From Octopus vulgaris (taxonomy: Eukaryota), in assembly GCA_951406725.2 (NCBI GenBank), contig OX597818.1:53940001-54004000 (forward strand): DNA of 64,000 nt, read 5' to 3'. The position numbers were made by a program, and so were the translations under genes. This document shows, piece after piece, positions 27,201 to 39,094 of the stretch. Within the stretch, counting starts at the first letter, position 1, and each line of letters begins with the position of its first letter. The notes beneath the pieces are model-generated. The model saw only the letters and a list, made by a program, of their open reading frames with translations. It did no database searches and was not told the DNA's origin.

Positions 27201-30200
27201 CCTTTGTTAGCTCAGCCTTAGTTCACCTGATTCTTTCTCTCTCTCTCTCTTGATCATGGCTGTTATTGGGGACATCATTTTTGCAGCCAGATAGCTTTCA
27301 TATATATTTCTTTACTACCCACAAGGGGCTAAACATAGAGGGGACAAACAAGGACAACAGACAAACGGGTTAAGTCGATTATATATCGACCCCAGTGCAA
27401 AACTGGTACTTTATTTATCGACCCCGAAAGGATGAAAGGCAAAGTCGACCTCAGCGGAATTTGAACTCAGAACATAATGACAGACAAAATACCACTAAGC
27501 ATTTTGCCCAGCGCGCTAACATTTCTGCCAGCTCGCTGCCTGAAAGATAGCTTTCATATAGCCAACCCCTCAACTCTGAATTGAATTGGCGTGTGTCTCC
27601 TTTAGAGGTTCAACATCACATTGATTAAAGCTCTAGTTAAGTTTTGAACATTCATTTGTCTATACTGCCATGGATGGAGTGGTTCTTTGAAGATGGTATT
27701 TTTCAATAGTTAAATGATGCCCTAACTGGCCCTCATGCTGTTGGCACATAAAAGCACCCACTACACTCTCAGAGTTGTTGGTGTTAGGAAGTGCATCCGG
27801 CTGTAGAAACTCTACCAGATCAGATTGGTGCCTGGTGCAGCCTCCTGGCTTGCCAGTCCTCAGTCAAACCATCCAACCCATGCCAGCATGGAAAGTGGAC
27901 ATTTAAACGATGATGCTGAGATAAGACCCTTTCCATACTGCAGACCGCTCAGCCCTGAAGGAGGGAGGTTTTATGACTGAGTTGTCTGTAGGCACTGTTT
28001 TATGACAGGCAGACATCATCATCATCATCATTTAACGTCAGCTTTCCATGCTAGCATGGGTTGGACGATTTGACTGAGGGCTGGCGAACCAGACTCCAAT
28101 CTGATCTGGCAGAGTTTCTACAGCTGGTTGCCCTTCCTAATGCCAACCACTCCGAGAGTGTAGTGGGTGCTTTTACGTGCCACCGGCACAAGGGCCAGTT
28201 TGGTGGTACTGGCAACGGCCACGCCCAAATGGTGCTTTTTACGTGCCACCTGTACAAGTGCTAGTAAGGCGACACGGTAACGATCACGCTCGAATGGTGT
28301 GCTTAACGTGCCATCGGCACGAAGGCCAGCTTGTTGCTCTGGCAACAATCTCACTCATATGGTACTCTTAGCGCTCCACTAGCAACAGATGACAGTCAAG
28401 TATAATTGTCGCCTCTCTCAAGGCACAGCGCACTGGCTGTAGTTGTTGTAGAATTTAATTGATGAACTGACACATCTACTAATCACTAACTGTAATTAGT
28501 AGATGTGTGGGAATAGCTACCCCCTACCTAAAAGGAACAGCAGATTGGCAGGGTCATTAGAGTGTATAGAATGTGTCATGGTATTTTTTCAAACTCCCTG
28601 CATTCTGAGTTCAAATACAGCTGAGGCCAGCTTGCCTTGCTGTTATTGTGTGTCTTTCCTATTCCTGAATATAACAGTGTCAAGCTGACAAAGGAATGAA
28701 GGAGCTTCTATATGGTCGTGTGACCTGCTAGTAATAGTAGCCAAATCCCCCCTCATTTCATATCCTACAAATTTGGAAGGAAAAAAAAGATGCACTGGAC
28801 AGAGAAAGTTCTAGGCACGCAAGTTTCTTATATGCCTAGGGCTACTTTTTTTTATTTTTGTAGCACTGACTCTAGTGACCCCCCCCCCCCACAAAGTAAC
28901 TTGCAAGAGAAAGAAAAGGCCCCTTCAACTGAGTTGAGATGTAGTAGAGAGAGAGATGGCTTTATACCAGCTGCATAAATCACTGTGGCAACTGTACAAC
29001 AATGGTGATCTTGTAGTTGAACGAAGTCCCAAATGTTATCTGCCCCACTTAATGCCTACAGCCATTGTGTCCCCGTGATGTGGTATTTAATGGAGCTTAT
29101 GGTTGTGTAAAGTTTTCTTAAAGTTTCTTATTGACCATTTTACAGGTGGGGTCACAGCGGTTATAAGGAACTGTATCCAGAGGAATTTCGCAGCGATCGA
29201 TCTGAAGACGAAGAGAATGGTCCACATCACCGCCGTCACAAAAGAAGAACTAGAAAAAGGTTTGTTTATGAAGATTTTCAGATTTCGTAGAACTGGAAAA
29301 AATGTTTCCCCCCCATGTGGTTACGAAGATCACTTTGCAACCACAGGAGTTCAGGTTCAATCCCACTACACAGCACCTTGGCAAATGTCTTCTACTATAA
29401 CTTCAGGCTGAGTAATTAATGCCTTATGAATGAATTTGGTTGATGGAAACTTTGTGGATGCCCATACTTGAGAAGACTTGTTGAGTCAAGTAAAACCAAT
29501 ATCATAGCTGTGGCCTGTGCCCCTTGACTGGCTCCCGTGCCAGTGGAACGTAAAAGCACCATCCAAACGTGGTCGATGCCAGGTGCACCTGACTGGCTCC
29601 CACACCGGTGGCACATAAAACACATCAACCGATCGTGGCCAATGCCAGTAACCCCTAACTGGCTCTTGTGCCGGTGGCACCTAAAAAGCACCATCTGAAC
29701 GTGATTGATGCCAGGCCCTCCTGATGGCTCCCATGCCGGTGGCATGTAAAAAGCACCCACTACACTCTCGGAGTGGTTGATGTTGGTTTGTTTACATCCT
29801 CATAGCTTAGTGGTTTGGCAAAAGAGATCGATAGAGTAAGTACCAAACCTTAGAAAAGCAATAAATACTAATACAGTGATCTCTAGCTATTTCGTGGATT
29901 CACAACTATCGCGGATTCACAACTTTGCGGATTTTTAAAATATATATATATGAACGCCTAAATTTTTTCATTAAATCCATTAAAATATTAATAATAAATA
30001 TCATTTCCTGGTGTAGGAACTACAAAACAAGTGTTAAATAGCAAAAGAGTATATACAGGGGTATTTGAACTTAAGACGGGCTGTGATTGGTGCAATGGAG
30101 AGAGAGAGACGACGAATCACAGCTTTCTATTTTGTAATCTGGCCTGTGTAACAGTAGCAATCTTTATTTTTTTAATCTAAAGTGTTATTGCTTAACGGTT

Positions 30201-32932
30201 GTCCTTCTTATTAATAGACTACTGTAATGGGTGGGTTGTTAACAGTACAGGGAGGGTTTTAAAAGTCCAAATGCACATTAAATAAATACTGTAAATATGG
30301 TGTCCCTACTTTGTGGAAATTCAGTTATTGCGGCCGGTCTCGGAACCAATCTACCGCGATAAATGAGGGATCACTGTAGATCGATTTGTTGAGCTCAACT
30401 ACAGTCCAGTGATGGAAACAAGCTAAACAGAAAAGATAGAAATAGCTTTATCAAGAGATACAGAGGATTGAACTCCCCATCATAGTTTTATAAGAGTGGG
30501 GAGGAAAGTGATAGATGCTTATAAATCAATTAAAACCTTTCATCATAATTTCATGTTATGTTCCAAATGGTAGCTTAACCCTCTCAGACTGGAGCCCCTC
30601 TCATCATCATCATCATCATGTAACATCTGTTGTCCATGCTGGCATAGGTTAGATGGTTTGACCAGAGCTGGCAATCTGGGGAGCTGCACCAGACTCCAGT
30701 CTGCTTCGGCATGGTTTCTATGGCTGGATGTTCTTCCTAACACCAAAGTGGATGACAGATTATCGTAGGTCAAGTTCCTTTATCATAGGAATACAAAATA
30801 CATAAAAAGTTCGTCAAGATGTTAGGTTTCAAGCACCCCAATATTACAATCCAAAGAAAGGCAGTATTACAAAACCTTACGATCGTTTCGAGGATTGTAA
30901 TATTGGGGTACTTCAGACCTAACATTTCAATGAACTTTAATCTATCATCCACTTTGATTTTTACTATATTTTGTTCATATTGAGCACTAATTAGGTGTGC
31001 AGCACGAAGGCCAGCTTGTTGCTCTGGCAACGATCTCACTCGTATGGTACTCTTAGTGCTCCAATAACAACGGATGCCAGTCAAGTATAATTGTCGCCTC
31101 TCTCAAGGCACAGCGCACTGGCTGTAGTTGTTGTAGAATTTAATTGATGAACTGACACATCTACTAATCACTAACTGTAATTAGTAGATGTGTGGGAATA
31201 GCTACCCCCACCTAAAAGGAACAGCAGATTGGCAGGGTCATTAGAGTGTATAGAATGTGTCATGATATTTTTTCAAACTCCCTGCATTCTGAGTTCAAAT
31301 ACAGCTGAGGCCAGCTTGCCTTGCTGTTATTGTGCTGCAACAAAGGTTTTCTTCATTTCTTTTATATATATATATATATACACACGTGTGTGTGTGTGAT
31401 TTGTTGTCCTGACATCAAATGATGGTTCTGAGTGTTACTGTCATATTAGCAGTGTCATTTGATTCCAGTCTGCCATGAAAACATGTCCAGCAAAGGGGAA
31501 AATATTAATATTGCATCACTTGGGAAAAAAGTGATGGTTGGCCACACAACAGACATCTCTCACGGTAAAAAATCTACCTCAGTGAGTTCTAGCTGACCCA
31601 TGCAGACATGGAAAACTGAACGTTAAAACAACAATGACAGCAATATATATTTCACGTTTTTTTTTTTTTTTTGGTTTCTGTTACGTTTGTTATGTATTGA
31701 TGTCTTGATAAGGGAGAAGGACAGACATTTGTAAGCGGTATTGAACTGACTGGAGCATATTTTATCAAACCCAGAAGGATAAAAGGTAATGTCAAGATTA
31801 GAACTCAAGTGACTTGAAGTACAGAACAAGATGGTTCTGTCTCTATGTCACTTTTACATTTCTGTAGGTATTTAATTTTTGTCATCCATTTTCACTTCAT
31901 CATCATCATCATGATTTAACATCCGTTTTTCATGCTAGCATGGATTGGACGGTTCAACTGGGGTCTGGTAAACCATGGAGGCTGCACCAGGCTCTAGTCT
32001 GATATGGCAGTGTTTCTACAGCTGGATGCCCTTCCTAATGCCAACCACTCCGTGAATGTAGTGGGTGTTTTTTACGTGCCACCGGCACAGGGGCCAGAGC
32101 AGGCTGACAAACGGCCACGATCGGTTGGTGCTTTTACGTGTCACCGATACAGACGCCAGTCAGGCGGTGCTAGTATCTGCCACGTTCGGACGGTGCTATT
32201 TACGTGTCACCGGTACAGGTGTCTTAACTACAATTTCCATTTAAATTTTTCAAAAATGTAATTGATATCAGCCGTTATTGTTTTTAATTTGTTTATAATA
32301 TCATAGTTGCTGTTGACCTAAGTTAACAATATGTCCATTTGGTTACTGGTATAATTAGTTGATAATTATCCCTTGTTGTTTGTTTCTGTTTTGGTAGACG
32401 TAAAGAGAAGAAGAGGAGGCATCATTATCGGTCGAGATCTGATGACAGTGACAGTGATTGCGAGCCCCGTCGCAAGCGCCGCAAGAGCACTGGCTGCAGC
32501 AAACACAGAAAGCATCGCAGGTCACGGGATTCTTCGACGGGATCGGAAACAGTTCGGTACATCAGGCGGAAAATGCACAAAGAAAGACGTCACCGGAGAC
32601 ACAAATCTGAGAGGTTGTACGACACTGAAATCGATATAAAACCTCGACTGCCCATCATCTCTGGTAGCCAGCAGCAACAACAGCAGCAGCAGTCGCTACC
32701 ACCACAACAACAACATCAGCAACAAATACAGTCATCCCTAATGGGACATCACAGACGCAACCGACACAGTTCAGGTGCTAGGGACTCCACATCATTACGT
32801 GAGCACAAACAGACACGTCACATGTCTTCTGACAACACAGACTCGGGGGCTGAAAATGACGGACCCAAACGGCAAAAGTTCCAACGTGATTATTCTTCAT
32901 CTGACAGCGAGGACAGTTACTGTTTGTCTTAG
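17525..32932 (+). CDS. NKAPD1: NKAP domain-containing protein 1 (C11orf57 homolog); join(17525..17590,25016..25320,29146..29259,32398..32932), 339 aa
   Basis: All introns are GT-AG with consistent phases (0,2,2). The motifs [24 protein letters not shown] and [15 protein letters not shown] match recalled human [22 protein letters not shown] and [15 protein letters not shown]. The C-terminus is K/R/S-rich. Confidence 0.9.
17670..18195 (-). mobile_element. CR1-like LINE 3' end
   Basis: [12 protein letters not shown]...[16 protein letters not shown]...[12 protein letters not shown]...[11 protein letters not shown]; the 3' tail resembles the SINE A tail. Confidence 0.75.
18515..18600 (+). mobile_element. 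CR1-like LINE fragment, opposite in orientation to 17670-18195
   Basis: [20 protein letters not shown]. Confidence 0.65.
18973..19110. repeat. Spacer-less palindrome with a perfect 82-bp core (19001-19082)
   Basis: Centred on TGATCA at 19039-19044. Confidence 0.95.
20376..20422 (-). ncRNA. Minimal type I hammerhead motif, inverted second copy
   Basis: On -: TCTAGA CCGATGA tGGAcaaagaTCCt GAAA CATGCGTG TT TCTAGA. Stem II carries a compensatory change relative to the + copy. Confidence 0.6.
20661..20707 (+). ncRNA. Minimal type I hammerhead motif (U4C core variant)
   Basis: TCTAGA CCGATGA tGGGcaaagaCCCt GAAA CATGCGTG TC TCTAGA. Confidence 0.6.
22483..22952. repeat. (TA)n/(TG)n microsatellite interrupted by a CR1 3' end
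   Basis: Seen directly. Confidence 0.95.
23412..23576 (+). mobile_element. 5'-truncated RTE LINE end with 12-bp TSD, nested in another RTE 3'UTR copy
   Basis: [16 protein letters not shown]...[12 protein letters not shown] plus (GAT)n; GATACCTTCCTA at 23400-23411 and 23577-23588. Confidence 0.8.
24660..24880 (-). mobile_element. RTE-type LINE 3' end with C2H2-like motif
   Basis: [23 protein letters not shown]. Confidence 0.7.
25016..25320 (+). CDS. NKAPD1: NKAPD1 coding exon 2
   Basis: ttcag|[13 protein letters not shown]...AEENDPG(R)|gtaagg. Confidence 0.9.
28317..28650 (+). repeat. Direct duplication, partner at 31002-31334
   Basis: Near-identical 334-bp segment including non-TE sequence, offset 2685 bp. 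Confidence 0.92.
29146..29259 (+). CDS. NKAPD1: NKAPD1 coding exon 3
   Basis: tacag|(R)[37 protein letters not shown](R)|gtttgt. Confidence 0.9.
29874..30376. mobile_element. Tigger/pogo-like MITE nested in a SINE A tail
   Basis: TA|CAGTGATCTCT...GAGGGATCACTG|TA terminal inverted repeats with TA duplication. Confidence 0.8.
32398..32932 (+). CDS. NKAPD1: NKAPD1 last coding exon
   Basis: ggtag| phase-2 acceptor; open frame [14 protein letters not shown]...DSEDSYCLS*, in frame with ORF 32573..32932. Confidence 0.85.
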
Positions 32933-34822
32933 TATGTATGTCGTGTGCATGTTTAGTGCATGTCTGTGTGCATCTTGGCAGTTAAAAAAAAAAAATTTTT
33001 TGCTACAAAAAAAAAAAAATTGGACCCCTCCCCCCCCCCCCCCCCCCACCAACCTCTGCAATGCCATATCCTTGTCAAGTCATTCGGTGCCACTGAACTG
33101 GCTAAAACAAAACAAAACAAAACAAAAAAAAAAAATCAACAACAACAACATCCTGGAAGTGTTTTTATCTCATCTCTCTGAAATGTGGAGAAACTGGTTA
33201 GCAACAGAAAAAAGAACTGCCCTGGCTACAGTAAAAAATGTTTCCAGATTGTTCTGTCAACTTTTTTTTTCCTTTAATTCTCTGCAGAAAACATCCAAAC
33301 TGCACTTCAAGTCAGTCACCCCAATCCACTGAATTTCTCTGTTGTAGATTGATTGATTGAGATCTATTATTGCTGCTATCATAATTAGTCCATTCCATAT
33401 GCCCCGCAGACAGTTTTTCATCTCACTCACTCATTCAGTACCTATTTAAATATAATGAATTTAAATATACCTACCTGTTAATTAATATTGGTTAAATGTA
33501 TCTGATACAGTAAGGTAACATTTTTTCGATGGGATTATTTTTCTGTTATGAATTTAAATTGGACATCTTTTATTTATTCATTTGAAAGATTTTTATTATT
33601 ATTTTTTAATTATTTTTCCCTTTTTGAAAGCTGTATGGAACATTCTTTGATATGAAGATGTATTTTGTAAAGCAGTAGAATATTTTTGATGGAATTTAGG
33701 AATTTTTTTAGAAGTGTGTTTAAACCATGTCTCCCTGTCAAATATAAGGTGTAAAAAAGAACAGAAATAACAAAACGGACTGTAATATTATTTACCTGTT
33801 CTTGTGTGGATTATTATCATCATCATCATCATTATTATTATTATTATTATCATCATCATTAGAGCGGTGGATTGGCAGAATTTTTTGCATCAGATTTATC
33901 TGAGTTCAAATCCTGCCAGGGTCAACTTTGCCTTTCATCCTTCCAGGCTTGATGAAACACAGTATCTGTGAAGTACTGGGTTCAATATAATTGACTATTC
34001 CCTTTCTCCCTACTTTCAAACCTTCTGTCTAATTAAAAAGAAACATCTCTATCATAATTATTTTCATTTATTGTCTTACCTACATGAAATGGTTATAGTT
34101 TTCCAAAGAACCATTTAACATCAAACCATTTTTTTTTTTGATTCAGTCGAGGAACATCTAGTCAGCAAACACAAGAACATCAGGAATATCTCCTGACTTC
34201 CAATATCCATTCAAATGTTTTTCCTCTTCATAATGCAAATGAAATGAAAGGAGGTATTTGCTGCTCAATAATGTCTCATAAATAATTTCATTGCTCAAAA
34301 AGAGGAAATTGTAAGACTGGAAGTTGGAATGAATAACTCATTCAAGCCAAACTACTTTAAAAAAAAAATAGACCATTATTGTCAAGGGATACAGAGAAAA
34401 AAATGTAATGTTGGTAGTTTCTGACAAAATAAGACGATTTAATGCACCTGCTTAGAGGCAGACTATTTGGCACAGCTAACTGGACATTCAACATTGCCTA
34501 GCAACAATACTTTATGTTGCTGGGAGCAAACACGCACACATACACGCATATAAAATTATACACATACAATTAGAGAGTAGTAAAGAGAAATAACAATTTA
34601 TTATTACTCTTTACTCTTTTACTTGTTTCAGTCATTTGACTGTGGCCATGCTGGAGCACCACCTTTAGTCGAGCAAATCGAACCCAGGACTTATTCTTTG
34701 GAAGCCTAGTACTTATTCTATCGGTCTCTTTTGCCGAACCACTAAGTTACGGGGACGTAAACACACCAGCATCGATTGTCTAGCAATGTTGGGGGGACAA
34801 ACACACACACACACACACACAC

Positions 34823-34871
<49 letters not shown>

Positions 34872-36687
34872 CATACAAATACACGATGGGCTTCTTTCAG
34901 TTTCCGTCTACCAAATCCACTCACATGGATTTGGTCAGCCTGAGGCTATAGTAGAAGACACTGGCCCAGGGTGCCACGCAATGGGAATGAACCCGGAACC
35001 ACATGGTTGGTAAGCAAGCTACTTACCACACAGCCACTCCTGCGCCTATTGAACACAGTTGATATAAACGCTTTCCCTATCTTCATACTCATAAAGACAA
35101 ACATGCTCACACACATTAACAGGAAGAGAACAAGAGAAGCCTCGGACATCAAATAAGTCAGCGACGCCAAAATGTCTCAAGCCCTTTCAGTGATGCCTTA
35201 ATGAAGACAGCAAACACGGCGTCATCGTTAAATGCTCACCTTTCATTGGGTTATCTCCCCTACCGCCGGGTTATCCTTCATCTGTTTTAACTAAGTTTCT
35301 TAACTAAATCATTCTCCATTCCAAAATGTTAAAGTAACCATTAGAAACATAATCGATATATTCTGCCTGTTGTGTCTCATAATCACAAATTAACTGAAGC
35401 AATATGTTACACCCTACGTTTATGAATACCGGTTGTCATTTACTCTGCAGAGAAAGTTGACCTACAAACTTTGTTTTTATCACATGGCTGCATAAGTCTT
35501 ATCATATAACTGTATGGATACATTAATTCTATTTAACCATCATAAAAGTCACGTTTTGCGAATACATCACAGAAAAACCACAACTTGTTTATATATATGA
35601 CTATTTCATCTGAATTACCATGCCAACTAATTTCAGTGTTTGCCAAAGAAGAATAAACAAAGTCCACACCATTACCCGTAAATTTTGTTTTGTTACTCTT
35701 TTATTACTCTTTTACTTGTTTCAGTCATTTGACTGCGGCCATGCTGGAGCACCGCCTTTTAATCGAGCAACTCGATCCCGGGACTTATTCTATCGGTCTC
35801 TTTTGCCGAACCGCTAAGTAACGGGGAAATAAACACACTAGCATCGGTTGTCAAGCAATGCTAGGGGGACAAACACACACACACACACATATATATATAT
35901 ACATATATACGACGGGCTTCTTTCAGTTTCCGTCTACCAAATCCACTCACAAGGCTTTGGTCGGCCCGAGGCTATAGTAGAAGACACTTGCTCAAAGTGT
36001 CACACAGTGGGACTGAACCTGGAACCATGTGGTTGGTAAACAAGCTACTTACCACACTATTTTTTTTTAATTAACACCTCTTAATACGTATTACAGTTTT
36101 TTTTTTTCCAGTTAGCTCTATCTTTTGTATATTTTTACATGTAGATGCAGACGTGGCTGTGTGGTTAAGCAGTTTGCTTTCCATTCTCATAGTTTTGTGT
36201 TCAATCCCACAGTGAGAACCCTGAGCAAGCATCTTCTACGATAGCCCTGGACTAACTGAAGTCTTTTCAATGGATTGGATAGATGGAAATTGAAAGAAGT
36301 CAATCACTTGTGTGTCTTCTTGTCTTGACAGGTCACGATAGTTGTAAATGAGCATCACCATCATACAAGCAGTGTTGTTCATTTCCAATATTTTATGTAA
36401 ACATGACGGGGCATGTGGAAATATTATCTTGCTTGGAAGCAGGTAAGGCTACATTAACGTTTCATGTTTTAGAATATGTCAAAGAAACTTTCTTTCCAGG
36501 GCCTCTGAAACATAGTTAAAGGACAGAAAAAAGAAACCCCAACTCCTAAACACCCAGCTTTGACTGACCCCACTGTGAGTCACTTTGACTGAACCATCAC
36601 TATGTTTTCTGCAACATTTAACCTTATTGTGCTGTGTTCCTGCTATAGCGGGAATACCCTAAATGCAGTCTCTACTGGATTCCCATT

Positions 36688-37072
36688 GGTGGAAGCACTC
36701 CATCAGTTACGACGATGAGGGTTCCGGTTGATCCGAATCAACGGAACAGCCTGCTCGTGAAATTAACGTGTAAGTGGCTGAGCACTCCACAGACACGTGC
36801 ACCCTTAACGTAGTTCTCGGGGATATTCAGCGTGACACAGAGAGTGACAAGGCCGGCCCTTTGAAATACAGGTACAACAGAAACAGGAAGTAAGAGTGAG
36901 AGAAAGTTGTGGTGAAAGAGTACAGCAGGGATCACCACCTTCCCCTGCCGGAGCCTCATGGAGCTTTAGGTGTTTTCGCTCAATAAACACTCACAACACC
37001 CGGTCTGGGAATCGAAACCGCAATCCCACGACCGCGAGTCCGCTGCCCTAACCACTGGGCCATTGCGCCTCC
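36688..37072 (-). mobile_element. tRNA-headed SINE family C, full length with 11-bp TSD
   Basis: Head ggaggcgcaaTGGCCCAGTGGttagg...GGTTTCGATTCCC; GGATTCCCATT at 36677-36687 and 37073-37083. Confidence 0.92.
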
Positions 37073-38329
37073 GGATTCCCATTAAAACAGTAATGAACAA
37101 CACATTTAGAAAAAGAAGATAAAATACTAAAAATAGATGACTGATCCTCTTGTAGCTTTGTAGCTACACTCATTGTTATTGGTGTCTCCCACAGTTTACT
37201 TTTGCTTTTAATTGTGGGTGGGGGACAGGTAATTTTGAGATGAAACAGGTATGACGAACTTTGTTTGGCAAACGATCAGGAACTAGAATCTTTACTGTTG
37301 AAGAAATTATTGATGAAATTTATTCTTTGAATGAAAAGTTCATTCTTTGAATTATGCAGATAATGAGAGTGATTTGGACAATCAAACTGGTGAAAGTGAT
37401 GAAGAAAGTAGTAATGCAGGTGAACAATAAGCCTATTATTGTTGTTCTCTTGAATTTATTTTGTGATTCTGTCCATTAATTTGCCTGCAATGAACAAATA
37501 TTGTAGCTGAGAGACAGGCTTATTATTGTTATTCTCCAATACATTTTTTTTTTTTTGTGTGTGTGTGTGATTTTGTTCATTAGTCTTGCAGTTGTTACTC
37601 TTGAGCTGTATATGCAACTATCTATTTTTTTTTTTTTTTTAGGGGGCCCTGGTGGAGGGTAAAGTTAGACATAGGGATCCAGGTCTGAGAAGGTTAATGT
37701 CACTCCTATTCCTATATTCATATCGTTTGCTAAATCAGTTATCTCCCCTTCCAAGTAAGCTATCCTTTACTCTTTTCTTTCCTTTCATTCTCATTTTAAA
37801 TTCAAATTATAACTTCCCCAACAATTCTCCTGCGTGCACACCAACACTAGTTGTCAAGCAATGGTGTGGATTCCAAAAGCACCATCCGAATGTGGCCAAT
37901 GCCAGTGCCACCATGATTGGCTTCCGTGCTGGTGGCACATAAAAAGCACCAACTGATCGTGGCCATTGCCAGCCCACCCTGGCACATAAAATGCACCCAC
38001 TACACTCACGGAGTGGTTGGCGTTAGGAAGGGCATCCAGCTGTAGAAACTCTGCCAGATCAGACTGGAGCCTGGCTTCCGTGCCGGTAGTACATTAAAAG
38101 CTCCAACCAATCGTGGCCGATGCCAGACCCCCCTGGCACCTGTGTAGGTGGCACGTAAAAAGCACCCACTACACTCGCGGAGTGGTTGGCGTTAGGAAGG
38201 GCATCCAGCTGTAGAAACTCTGCCAGATAAGACCGGAGCCTGGCACAGCCCCTGGCTTCCCAGACCCCGGTCGAACCGTCCAACCCATGCTAGCATGGAA
38301 AACGGATGTTAAACAATGTTAAACAATGA

Positions 38330-38366
<37 letters not shown>

Positions 38367-38987
38367 ACAGGTTTCTTCAGTTTTCATCTACTAACTTCAC
38401 TCACAAAACTTTGGTTGGCCCAAGGTTATAGTAGAAGATACTTGCCCAAGGTGCCATGCAGTGGGACTGAACCAGGAACCATGTGATTGAGAAGCAAACT
38501 TTTTATCACACAACCACACCTGTGTCTATGATACTTTTCTTTTATGCCACTAGACTTCTAAAATCTTTGACAAAGTCATACAAATCTCACATTCCTCTTC
38601 TTCGCTTTTTTCAAAACAACACAAATATATTTCTTTTGGTGAAAAATTATTTATTCGAAGATTCAAAAGTTAAAATTGACAAAATAAAATAATTGAAAAA
38701 ATGACAATTTGATGATAATTAACCCTTTAAGCATTTAAACCAGCAATATCTGGCCCAAATAATCTACATGTTTTATGTTCAAACTGACCTGATCTGGTCT
38801 TTCATGCATACTCTACAGAGTCATCCTAAAAATAAACAATTACATCATCAAAATCTGAAAGCTACGAGATAATTCATATCTCATAGCTTTCACAGATGTC
38901 ATAATAAACATGACATCTGACAGAATAATCTGAATGGTGAAGGGTTTATAAATAAAAGAAATATAGGATTTTTTTTTATAAATGTCT

Positions 38988-39094
38988 CTAGTCTTCTTGC
39001 GGAATATCAACTTCATCCTCGTCTTCGGCATCGTTATCTTCAAGACTGGCTTGTGGAACATCACCTTGTCCAAGAAGAATAGTTTCAGCTTCGG
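38988..39094 (-). CDS. RSPH1: RSPH1 exon 7 (stop)
   Basis: ttttgcag| phase 1, (P)[34 protein letters not shown]. Confidence 0.8.

Noticed and set aside
37000-37072. tRNA genes suggested by A/B boxes (here and at other SINE heads)
   Set aside because: They are heads of repeated SINEs with bodies, tails and TSDs; no proper cloverleaf is evident.
37250-37430. Acidic coding-like stretch (FTVEEIIDEIYSLNE...ESDEESS)
   Set aside because: Frame-disrupted with no clear splice context; at most a decayed transposase N-terminus.
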